Positions 52,440 to 64,000 of a stretch of DNA of 64,000 bases are shown piece after piece. Source of the stretch: Lingula anatina (lineage: Eukaryota; Animalia; Brachiopoda); NCBI GenBank assembly GCA_051362555.1, contig CM120641.1, forward strand, positions 43,282,401 to 43,346,400. The letters are read 5' to 3'. The position numbers and the translations under genes are program-made. A model generated the notes under the pieces. The model worked only from the letters and a program-made list of their open reading frames with translations. It made no database searches and had not been told where the DNA came from. Each line of letters opens with the position of its first letter. Positions within the stretch are counted from its first letter, which is position 1.

Positions 52440-54096
52440 TTAGGACGCCTTCTCTTCTCCAGCGGTAGCGGCAACCAATGAAGAGATCTCTTGGCTGACT
52501 TCCTTCACTACGGGTGCCACATGTCTCGGTGCAGGGGCCGAGCGTATTATCCAGGGGTGCTCTGAAATTTCTTCCAGCGACAAACGGTCGCGTTTCTTCA
52601 CTAGGATCTTTGATATGAGGTCTCTGCAATCGTCTGGAACAAAGTCCTTTCCACCTGGAAATACCACTTTGTTCTGCACCTCATTAAGGAGTTTCTTGTG
52701 GTTGGAATCGTCAAAGGGAAGACGCCCGAACACCTAGAATATGTAATACATTAAAAATAAGTGTGTCAATTACACATATTATTCATAGACTAACAAACAA
52801 AATAAAAAGTAACTCCCAAACCAAATAAACCAGCTTAGGGACATTAAAGCAAGGGTGAGGACTCTCACAATGTTTATGGCATAGATCTTTGCTTAAAAGA
52901 AAGCCCATTTGTGTGTTTCATTCATATATACGTGTTTCAATTTCTCCTAGATTAAATTCATCTTTTTCAATAATTTTAGGATTGAAAGTCTTTACCATAA
53001 AAAATCTAGTCCCCCACCTCCGCAAAAAATTCTGTCCCTTTTTTTTTCTATATTTTAAGGAAAAAAATTGATGCACGGGCTTTTAATTCTTAATTCTTAG
53101 GTTGCATAATTATCCCCATCTCATTTGACAGAAGTCAACTCTTGCCCCAATATCAGAAAACGTAGTCTCAAGAATTGTTTGATAAATGCGGCAAAACGGC
53201 TCGAGTCGTTTGTAGACAAGTGTACGTTGCACGCTGCCCATACAAATATTCAACGATGAAAATACATTCACGAATTTTCAGTGCACCTTGTACAGAGGTA
53301 ACGTATGAATAAAAGAAAGATAAAACATTCACTTTGAAAGAAAGAGTTTTACCATGGTAAATAAGACAACTCCCATACTCCATATATCTGCTATGAAAGG
53401 TTCGTAAGGCGTCCCAGTCAGAATCTCAGGTGGTGCATAGGCATAGCTGCCGCAGTATGTTTGACTCAAACAATCTTTTCCAGACAAATAGTTGAGTCCT
53501 CCACGAGCAAAACCAAAGTCTGTAACCTTCAAAATGTTCTGCCTGTCCAAGAGCAAGTTTTCACACTTCAGATCTCGATGAGCCACCCCTTTGCGGTGAC
53601 AGTAATCAATGCCGTGCACTAGATGAATGAACCATATCCCAGCTTGTCTTTCATGGATATACTTTTTCTTTTTTATCACTTCTAAAAGATCCCCATTTTC
53701 CGCCATTTCCATTACCAAATACACTCTATTAGTAGTTTCGATAGACTGCAAGAAACAAACTAGATTTGGATGCCGCAATATTTTGACCACATCTATTTCT
53801 CTTGGTAGAAACTTTTTCAGATAATCTGATGGCGCTTTTCGCTTCGAGATAATTTTGATCGCCACCTTACTCTGATGCTGGGATGAAAAGGCTTCCTTGA
53901 CAGTGGCATAGGATCCAGTACCTAGAGTTGGCCCAATGGTAAAACCATAAGCTTCCAGAACAGAGACTTTATTTGGTCCAGCAGACTTAGATGCATCACT
54001 TTTCTCACAGTCTTTGTTATTTTCATTTTCTTTACACGAGGACTCTTCTTTGTCATCCGCTTGCTCTTTCTTTTTCCCCAAAAGCCTGTTAAGCAT
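52440..54096 (-). CDS. Testis-specific serine/threonine kinase (TSSK family, TSSK4-like), 2 exons, 345 aa
   Basis: Exons 53353-54096 and 52440-52733 joined by a phase-0 GT-AG intron. Motifs GTGSYATV, VAIK, KFLPREI, HRDLKCENLLL, DFGFAR, SQTYCGSYAYAPPE and GRLPFDD are TSSK hallmarks. Confidence 0.95.
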
Positions 54097-55705
54097 GTTT
54101 TTTTTTCGTTTAAAGCACGGAGGTCCGCGCTTTTAGGTGCTGACTTTTAAGTTGCTGAGCATTGTTGTTGTCAACGTAGCAGCATTACGTCACAAAGGTC
54201 ACTGTAGTTATGTTATGCCGTGCAAAGGAGATAACGTTATCAATTAAACGTTATACGCTATTACACGTTAGTTTTGTTAACCATTAGAAATATGAACAGG
54301 AAGATATGGCCCTTCATTTAGAACTAAATCATTAAATTTAAAATTAATTAAAACTTCGAACCTAAGCGAGCTATGATTTGTGAATAGGAGAAAATTGCAC
54401 TTTTGGCATCTTTTTGGCATCTAAGATAAACTCGCGGCTATTGAGTAGGCCTATACCTCTCAGACCAGATAGCGCATGTTTTATTCATGAAAAATCTCGC
54501 TTGCAGAATTCACACCAAAGAATAATCATCCGTATCACCCGCCTCTCATTCTGGCCGCTCACTTACATCACGTGACCTATTACATTGCATCTTTCAAAAC
54601 TAGAGATGACAGATCGGATTTGCTCGAACTCCAATACAGGTTGGTGAGTCCCCTAGAAGATGTAGAATTCATTATATTTTTATTATACTTTTTCCTATAA
54701 TTGAACGATCGACCACCTATAATTGACATATCATGACCTGGAGTTGGACCAACCAATGTGAAAACAAGAGGAATCACCCAGAATAATCAAGATATACATC
54801 TGTGTTGATGGGGCAATATCGTTTTAGGCCTAGCCTATAGTTAATTAATAGAGTCGGTTATTTTTTTTTTTTTTTTTTTACATATTCTGTTTGTGATGTA
54901 AACCGCTAGCAGTTCTTTCTTTCTTATTTCCCCACCCACGAGAGTGGTATTTTTTCCTATTCTAAAAATATTAAAATCATGATATCCTGATGTGGAATTT
55001 ACGTAATAAAACTGCAATACTGAAAAATAATTTGAGAAGTTCGTGATATTTTTCGAGTTGTATCGATCAAATCGTCTATGTTGTCATGGTAATCAATACA
55101 GCTATTGATGCGAGTGCCCAAACTACATGTAATGACAATACAAACTATTCTCAATATACTGTATAAACAGATTGAGTTTTAAGTCGTTTTTTATTTTTAT
55201 TTATTTTTTATTTTTTAGGAATTGTCAAAGAAAGAGGGATAAAAAGATTCGAAATGGGTGAAAAAGATAAAATGTTTTCAGTTTGTGTCAATATAACCAC
55301 ATTTTAAAGGGAAGAATTTGTAGCCCTGCTTCATAGCTACATAGCTATAAGAAAGAACAAAAGCCAACAAATACCGTAGTTGTTTTTTTTTTTAAACTTA
55401 AAAGAGGAAAACTGCATGTGCAGCCTCCTTGGAAATCCAATTCGGTTTTCAACTATATGTAAAACAGCTGTATATTTCAAGTCACCACTACGCACTACGA
55501 CTTTTTTCACTCTGATACTTGCACGAGCTGTGCGCGCCATATTACTGATAAGAAAGTAGAGTTGAGCTTAAACACGTTAAACTAAACCTACTTCAGTTTA
55601 CTACAATTTCAATGTAAGCAAGCGCGCAAACACATACGTTTTAAATTAAAGACTAACATGTAAGCCAATCCCTCTTCGCGTTCGTACAACCACTGCCGCA
55701 GAAAG

Positions 55706-58700
55706 ATGCCGGATCACATTTGCTCGGACACTGACACTGGTAAATAACGTTTTTTAGCTCTTTCATATCCACTGAACGTAAGTAACAGTTACGTAAAAAT
55801 GTTTATGTACTTGGTATGCGTAATGCATCCTATTTCATTGTGTCATATTGGAGTAGATAAGGCAATTTCAATGGGACGGGATACTTCTCACACTGCAACA
55901 AGCTGTTCTGCCTGATATTTAAAATGTCCATCGGGGTTCAGCTCGTTAAGCTTTAAATACCAACCATGTATTGGTTTCATAGTGGTGATCATTTGTAGTA
56001 GGCCTACCTACAAAAAGATAGAAATGAAATTGATGAAAACAAAGTGCTATTATCCTCATTTATTCAAATTTAAAGAAAAGGATATTGTAACACGAGTTTT
56101 AATAATTATAATTACAATGATGACGATAAATTATTGACCACTTAAATGGGTACAGGTAGAATTTTAAAGGCTTTCTACTCTGAAGTTTTTTTTTACATAT
56201 ATGTTTATACTAAATACATATGGCAAACATACATGTGGCCACGACCAGCTGGAGAGTCTAAAATGTGGCACTGTTTGAAATGGGGTCATATTGTAAACGG
56301 TGTTCGAGCCACTGAACTGCGATAAGCACTTGTACTAGTAGCATACAGGGCAATGCCTTTATTGTCCTTTATGGGTTTTGGCCGACAGTGGTGAACATTT
56401 AACTGGGATGTTGGTCATACTTCAGTTTGGAATCGCACTGATTAAACAGTGGACTGACCGCGTTAGCTGTTTGGCTGTGTTTTTTTTTAGATTTTCTTCA
56501 ATATAATTTTGTTTCCAGTGCGTTTATACTTCCAGGCATATAACAGTCAATCCATGACATCGAAGGTTATAGAGTTTGAGACAACGTACTGGTAATTCAT
56601 GTCACCACGACGAGAAAGTCACTCCAATAATCCATGTCACGTAGAAAATGAGGCAATAATAAGGCAATAATAATTATCCTTGAATGTTCATAACCAACAG
56701 GTCATAATTGCCGTTTGTCTTTTACCAATTTTTATATTCATTGTGCGTTTTAAGCCGAGGGACAGGAACAAAATGTCCTTATTTCACTGCCTGCAACAAA
56801 ACCAGAGGTCCCTGAAGAGTGCGGCAAGACAGAAGGAAATGAGGAAAGGCTGCTATACCCCATCAGGTCCGTGCCATCCATACCAACTACATTGATTTTT
56901 GCGCTGCAGGTATGGTCCAAAATGAATTAACTTTTGTACATGATAGATGATTTTTGAATATTTGGGTCTTTAGAAATATTGGAGTGTCTGTGCTGTCCAA
57001 CTTGAAGGCAACGCCTTATATTCACGACTTCCCTACGCATTGTTAACCTTCTTCTGGTGAAAAGAAGGAAAAGGACTAGTTTGCTGGTGTATCATCATGA
57101 AAGGCAACATAACACGAGCGTCTTCAAAGCAACATGAATTACAGAGAAAAGTAAATTAAATGAATCACAAAAAGTAAAAGCAATTGCAAATGGCGAAGCA
57201 CAAACGAGTTTGACTCGGGGTGGGGTAAAATGGGTGCTATCTGTCCGTCATAATTGATTTTAATTTTTTTATACATATTTTATTTTCGGTCACCAGCAAA
57301 GTGTAATGTGCATCACGTGCAGCGTTTCCGTCCCTCTGATCGTTGTTAAGCTCATCTGTGCTGTGGACAACCAAGAGGTGCGGGCGGAACTGTTCAGCGC
57401 AACAATATTTGCTTGTGGGGTTGTAACACTGCTACAGTGTAGCGTTGGAGTGAGGTGAAACTACTCTCTCTCTCTCTCGTGTCATTTTCGTGTTTAGTAC
57501 CAGTCTTTGTAAGAATCAGAAAAATAACACAGGGTGACGGGGGCATTGGAACAACACCTCTCAGATTTTGTTGTCTTTTAATTTATTGTGAAGAACTATG
57601 AAAAAAACTAACAAATCGAGTCAAAAAAGTTGCATATTTAAAATAATTAATTTTAGAGCGTTTTAAAGTTTTAAATAATAAAACAGTTTTAGATCTTCCG
57701 AGAAATACGAGAAATTTCAGTGTTATTCCTTTTCTACAGACTTCCAATCATCCAAGGCAGTAGTTTTTCCTTCATTGCACCGTTAATAGCCATGCTTACA
57801 ATTGAGAGAGCGAAATGTGACGCTGAAAATATATTAAAAGGTAATACATTTTTAGTTTTTTACAGTATTTGATTGCAGTTGCCGCAAATAGAGACATATA
57901 CATTCTAAACAGAGAGATAGATGAAAAGCATTAATGCATTTACTTGTCACATGTACCTTGGCTGATGGATACTTCAAATACTAAAATTCAGCATCAGCTG
58001 CAGGTTAAAAAATCGAATTAACAGCAGATCTGAGCCGCTTTAAGAAATGCACTTTTCTCTGTTCACATTACATGTTGCTTGTACATGTATATATTTCGTA
58101 GATGGCAGTAGTGCGTATTTCAACATCACGCCTAATGGCACCGACGCAATGGACAGGGAGGCCATTTGGCAGGAAAAGCTTAACGAAGTCCAGGGGAGTC
58201 TTATGGTTGCCTCCCTCGTTCAAGTGATCTTAGGTGGTACGGGAGCGATCGGCGTTCTAATGAACTACATAGGACCTCTCACTATTGCGCCTACCGTAGC
58301 CATGATTGGACTGTCGGTATTTGATGTGTGCGCGGATTATGGCTCTGTCCACTGGGGGATATGGACACTGTAAGTAACGTCACTTATTCCTTTGCCCTAA
58401 CTTTGTTTAAATTTATTCATATGAATTATCTTCGAAGTGAGATGACCTTAAATTTTGTAATTCCGTTTTTTTTTTCAGATCCCTTGCTGTAGGGTTTATT
58501 TGCGCTGTTTACATGAGGAATGTCAAAGTACCCTTTTTATGGTGGAATAGAGAAAGTGGCTGCCACAAAACCAGTTGCCAGATATTTGTCCTTATACCGG
58601 TGAGGGCTTATTGCACCTTGGCATTTTTTACTTGCAGCTCCGTAACATCGACATCAATGAAACCACAATGTCTTAGTATCAGGACAACCGTAATGCTTGT

Positions 58701-61003
58701 TATAACGAAATGACATGACTTAATGAATTTTACGCAAAACTATTTCCCCGTGTTTCAGGCTATATTCATGATAGTGATTGCCTGGATAGTGAGCCTCATT
58801 CTGACTTTAACTGGAGCTCTCCCAGACGACCCTGGACACCCCCAATACAAGGCACGGACGGACGCTTACGAGGGTGGGATTCACACCGCAAAATGGTTTT
58901 TCGTACCATATCCAGGTATTGGGTCTTTTTCCAACGCTCACTTTTACATGCATGCAGTCGCATTGTCTTGATGGAGTCTTGATGTAGAAGAAACTCAGTT
59001 TGCATGTTTCTCATTTTTCTTATTCTGTTTGTAGGTAAATATGGCCTTCCAACCGTCACTGTGGGTGGTGTGATCGGCATGATTGCCGCCACTATAGCTT
59101 CCACCATAGAGTCTATAGGGGACTACCACGCATGCGCCAGTGTATGTGAGATGCCAACCCCGCCCTCTCACGCCGTCAACAGAGGCATCTTAATGGAGGG
59201 AATCGGTAGTATTGTAGCCGCGAGTGTAGGGACAGGGCATGGTACAACTTCTTACAGCCAGTGCATTGGTGTCATTGGAATAACAAAGGTAACCTTACAG
59301 AATTTGTTAGTCTAAAACTTGATTAAGAATATTAATAGTAAGTTCAATTCATACAAAAACCCATCTGTTTGGTTTACCTTTCATTGCCTCAATACAAATA
59401 CATGTATATCTGAAATTTAGACGCCCATTCGAAAGTATGACTTTTAAGTTTACAAATGATAGGCCTACTGGCAAATTATACTTACAATTGATAAATTCAT
59501 AATGTCATTTGATAAATGTATATGTGGCCGGGAAATTAGAAGGTTTAACAAAAAACACTGTGCTTTGGAGGGGGGGGGGGGGGAGGAGGGGAGTCACGTT
59601 CTGCAAATAACAAACATATCGTAAAAAAATAAGCGAAATTGTTCTTCTGTTGTAGTTTAAGTAGACTTGAAATTCGAGAATGATATTAGACCTACCTTCC
59701 TTTCTTCTTGATTTGCCCATCAGCCACGGCAATTCAGTTCATTTCAGGGCAAAACGATAGCCGACTTTATTTCCGCAAAATTCTGTCCCTTTCCCCCATT
59801 ACTCACCCTGCTTGCATTGGTTTTTATCAACAATATCATTAAGTCTGCATGTATACTGTATGTCAGGTCGGCAGTTTGAGGGTGTTCCAGACAGCAGGTA
59901 TATTGATGATAGTTCTTGGAGTCATTGGAAAGTTTGGTGCCACCCTGGCGGCCATTCCCGACCCCATCCAAGGCGCCATTATCACCCTGGGGACAGCCAT
60001 GGTGATCTCGGTGGGTCTGTCAAACCTGGAGTTCATCGACATGAGATCCTCCCGTAATATGGCTATCCTAGGAACATCACTGATGTGTGGCCTTCTGGTA
60101 CCATACTGGATGAAGAAGAATCCAACAGCGGTCAGAACGGGTACTTATTGATCTGATCATGTAGTATTTTTAGTGAAAAACAGATACAGCGATGTATTTC
60201 CTAACGCTTGTCCAGAATAAAACAATAATTCTATACGAAACTACATGTGGGTTCTTCAGTCTATTACAATATGTCGGAAATATTGAAAATCGTTTGATTT
60301 TTGTACAAAATGATGGTCTATTGTCTATTAGTTAATTTATCATAATTATTCATGATCTGGATTTGTATCATCTCATTCAAGGTGTAAATGAGATTGACCA
60401 GCTGTTCACAGTATTTTTGACCACGCCCATGTTTATAAGTGGACTTCTGGGTTTTTTCCTGGATAATACAGTCCCAGGTAAAGTTCCTGGAACCATTTTC
60501 GTTCTGGAAAATATGCCAATCAGTCTGACAACCAGACATCAATGATTAAGGCAATGACCTCAGTTTTCAAATAATAATAATAATAATAATAATAACAATA
60601 TTAATAATAATGATAATGATATTGTTAAGTACAAATAAAAAGAGGATGGCCTCTGCCTCTTCTTTTCTTTGAAAATAGCTTTGCAGCTTTAATTTGTTGG
60701 CCTTTATGTCTTTGTAATCATATCACCATTGACGTGAATGATTTAATTTGAATTTTATTGTCTGTTTTTTCTCTAGGTACTGTAGAAGAAAGAGGAATTA
60801 AAAGATGGAAAGAGAGTCTTTCTGGAAAATCGACAGCAATTTTGCAGGGAAGCATGAAGGATTACGACATTCCGTTTGTGTCTGACTGGATGAGAAAAAT
60901 AAAATGTTTTAAACTCGTGCCCTGTTTACCTCCATATCAAGAGAGGACTTTGCAAGCTTGCGGCAAAGTTCTTAGAAGAAACAAAAACAAACGAAACAAA
61001 TAG
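55706..61003 (+). CDS. SLC23/NAT (NCS2) nucleobase-ascorbate transporter family protein, 11 exons
   Basis: Exons 55706-55739, 56755-56909, 57297-57454, 57740-57840, 58102-58369, 58479-58599, 58759-58915, 59035-59288, 59867-60140, 60382-60477, 60777-61003. Motifs [52 protein letters not shown] and LDNTVPGTVEERG. Confidence 0.93.
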
Positions 61004-61627
61004 ATTATTCCCTCCATAGCGAGCAACATGACTTTGACTCTGCATGGTACATAAAGTTATGACACACCGTCAAATACTAAGATAAACAGTTAATATTTCA
61101 CAGTTTCTAAATAGTAAATAAATTAATTAATGAATATTTAGAAAAAGGTATCCGAAAGTTTGTTATATTCACAATCACTTATTCTTCCATGTATAAGTTT
61201 GCCCTGCTCACCTGTATTTAAGAGGGGGTAAATGATACTGAGGTCCCTCCCTTTACTGATATCGTAGTTCCTTCCTGGTTACTATGAAGGCTGTCCCATA
61301 AATTAAGAGTGACTGAATAAATTGAAAAAGTCACAACTTGGACTGTTTGTTGTTCCTGGGCTTTTCTTAAAACATGTTGCTTTAGCAACAAAATTTATAT
61401 GAACAGCCACCACTTTCTGTCTATCATTATCATCGTTTTTGCTATATACTGAAGACCTAATGTGGAAGTGGAAAATACTTCGCTTGCAACGAAAATGCAC
61501 TAAGAAACGAGAAATAACTTTTCTTCATAAAACATGTTGTCATGCCAACAGTATTACATTTGTACCCATGTATATATATGTATATATATGTCCTTTGTGC
61601 TGAATTACATGTGTTGGGAGATATGAC

Positions 61628-61832
61628 CCCATTCCCAGAGATTAGATGGATCTAACTAGATCGACCTAACTCCCTGGGGGCTCACGCTAAATATCTGACA
61701 GCCGAGCGGGTAAGAAAGTTAATTACCCCCCTACAGGTTGTAGTAGGCGGGACGGACATTTAGGCCGGATTATCTGACAGAAAACTGAGACTCTCCACAG
61801 GGAAAGATCGATCTAAAATCTAGGGGAATGCA
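61628..61832. mobile_element. MITE-like element, same family as 38133-38297
   Basis: cattcccagagattagatggatc ... gatcgatctaaaatctaggggaatg inverted ends and shared core. Confidence 0.7.
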
Positions 61833-62264
61833 CCCATAGACTATGAAAATACCCCATCTGTGAAGAAAAATAGAAAATAATGTGTAAAAACAAACAAAAA
61901 AGTTAACAGCAACAAAACTGACTTGGAAACCTATCATTTTTAACCTTTTATGGATATAACATTGGTGACTTGACATACCCACATTTCAAAATATTGCAAC
62001 AGGTAGAAAATCACGTTATGAAAAGCACAATTTGCCTTGGGCATGACCTAAGTGTAGTATGTAAATATTTTCTCTTATTCGTGGGCATGCCATTGATAAG
62101 AGATGAAAGGCCGGCATAACAGATATGAATGATGAGTGTCCCCTCGATCTAGCTTTTCACGTCAAACAGCTCATGCAAAATATTACTTCGTCCCATCTGT
62201 AAGCAGGAGCTAACACTGTCAGGGCTGCACATCGATAGATAGTTTGTTCAACTTCCACAACAAA

Positions 62265-62700
62265 ATGATGCCATATTGGATTTGGCAGCCATATTGGAAT
62301 TTTCAGACATGCCAATACATCCAAACTTGCTCAGAATTTCATTGTCCACAACTGTGCCAAATTTTATGCTTGTAGTGTATGTGTATGATGAATTCACCAT
62401 TCTAATGGATATCTTGAATAAGTGGACTGCATTTTTACTTTTGGTGGCCATTTTGGATTTTATACACCTGAAGAGTTCATGCAATGGTGTTTTCTAACCT
62501 TCATATGATATTTTAAGCCATTAAAAAGACTATATACTTGACGTTTTAATTTGAAAGGGTATTTTGGTGGCCATCTTGGATTTGACAGCCATTGTGGAAT
62601 TTTGAGGCATGCCCATATATATATCCAAATTTGCTCCAAATTTCATTGTGCACAAATGTGCCAAATTTCATGCTTGTAGGTAAAATATTTTTCACCAAAT
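62265..62700. repeat. Interspersed repeat with recurring gccat(a/c/t)ttgga motifs, two ~300-bp-spaced subunits
   Basis: 62270-62380 is similar to 62570-62680 (gccatattggatttggcagcc..atccaaa..tgtgccaaattt.atgcttgtag). Confidence 0.7.
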
Positions 62701-62740
62701 TCCTGCACATACGAAGATGTTAAAATGAAGAATATAGCCT

Positions 62741-63285
62741 TAGATGGTTTCAATATCGACTGGTCCATAGAATCTTAGGAACAAATTCTTTTTTATTTCG
62801 GATAAATGTAGTAGAATCAAATTTATGTGTATTTTGTATAAAAGAGGAGGAAACTTTTGTTCATTTGTTTTGGGAATGCAGTAGAATTTCAGAAATCTGG
62901 GAACAAGTAAGAGAATGGTTAGAAAATGAGTTAAATATAATAGAAAGATTAAACTGTATTGACATTATATTTGGAAAAGAACAAAGTTTGGTAAATTTAA
63001 TTATTTGTTTGGTTAAAAAATTTATATATTGCCAGAAAATTACCAAAAGTGTCCCAGATTTCTTGAAAGTAAAAAGTTATATAAATCAATATATGGAAAG
63101 TGACTATTTTACTTATAGCAAAAATATGGATAATGATGGTTTTATTAAAAAATGGAAAAAATTAGGAAGTGATTTTGTGAATAGGAAATTTAACAGTTAA
63201 GTACCTTTAGAGCTTGTATGTATATATGGGTGTGAGAGTGTTTTGTAATTTTTTTATTTTGAAATAAATTAAAAAAAAAAAAAAA
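62741..63285 (+). mobile_element. 5'-truncated L1/Tx1-like LINE insertion with poly(A) tail and 13-bp TSD
   Basis: Open frame 62742-63200: RWFQYRLVHRILGTN..LCVFCIKEEETFVHLFWEC (CCHC zinc knuckle of the ORF2 C-terminus). Short 3' UTR, AATAAA, A15. TSD aagaatatagcct at 62728-62740 and 63284-63296. Confidence 0.92.
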
Positions 63286-63389
63286 GAATATAGCCTACGT
63301 TATTCGGATCTCTGACACTCAGAGTAATGCACCGTTTACAGTGTTAACACACTTACAGTAACAATATTAGTAATAGATAGACCTCTAGT

Positions 63390-63953
63390 CAGCGAGAATT
63401 CTTGGAATTGTCAGAATGCGCTTGAATCCGCCTGGAATGATTCGTGCACATTTCGGCTGCATTATCTCTCAAATGCAGCTCGAATGTAGTTGGAAAACTA
63501 GGAATATCAATAATGCTGTCAGAATGCAGTCAGAATATTCAGAATACACTTCGAATGCCGTACCAGTGTAGTTCGATTGCAGGCTGAAATTGGATCGAGA
63601 TGCATTCGAGTTGCATTCCGACTCATTCTAGCAGGATTTGAAATGTCTTGCCATTTCGGTTCTCCTTCAAATGTGATCAGAATGTTTCGAATGCTGTCGG
63701 AATGCCGTGAGAATATTTAGAATGCAGCCATAGTGCATCTAGAATACTATTTAAATACCATTCGATAATTTTCCACTTGGAATGCACTTCGAAAGTTTTT
63801 AACATCAGCAAAACATTCGGGCCGGCCACAAGAATGGGTAAAAATATTTGAAATGCCCTCGGATTTTTTAGAATGCTCTTCGATTATCCAGGAAGGCACA
63901 AAGAATTGTCTTTCCGACGGCATTCTTGCTCATTCCGCCGTGTGACGGGGTAT
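63390..63953. mobile_element. GAATG/CATTC-rich repeat, probable DNA transposon fragment
   Basis: Dense gaatg/cattc/ttcga motifs in both orientations, ending in a terminus-like gtgtgacggggta. No matching left end found. Confidence 0.5.
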
Positions 63954-64000
63954 AAGAAAGAACTAAAGCCAACAAATACCATATAGTTGTTTTTAAGAGG

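Noticed and set aside
33858-54096. Operon-like functional cluster of co-oriented galactosyltransferase, protease and TSSK
   Set aside because: Each gene appears to have its own 5' structure; co-orientation of three genes is unremarkable and there is no evidence of shared function.

Overview
This is gene-dense, AT-rich eukaryotic DNA with spliceosomal introns, probably from an invertebrate animal; the SCP-type EF-hand gene and repeat types suggest a lophotrochozoan, but the species cannot be fixed from sequence. I assembled seven protein-coding genes by hand: (1) condensin II subunit NCAPG2 (minus, ~25 coding exons); (2) an unrecognised multi-pass membrane protein gene (plus, 17549-20782) whose whole 4-exon coding unit is tandemly duplicated and fused in frame into one 7-exon, 442-aa two-repeat protein; (3) an SCP-like EF-hand protein with non-canonical Ca2+ loops; (4) a GT31 beta-1,3-galactosyltransferase; (5) a BMP1/tolloid-like astacin metalloprotease with atypical CUB/EGF order, a Ser-Gly acidic linker exon and a GC-AG intron; (6) a TSSK kinase; (7) an SLC23/NAT transporter in which both the conserved TM1 His and the NAT-motif Asn are replaced. 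Non-coding DNA holds several MITE families, a young 5'-truncated L1/Tx1-like LINE with a 13-bp TSD, an RTE-like 3' end, a higher-order compound microsatellite and small duplications that copy splice sites. Exon coordinates were read by eye and may be off by a few bases. No database search was run.
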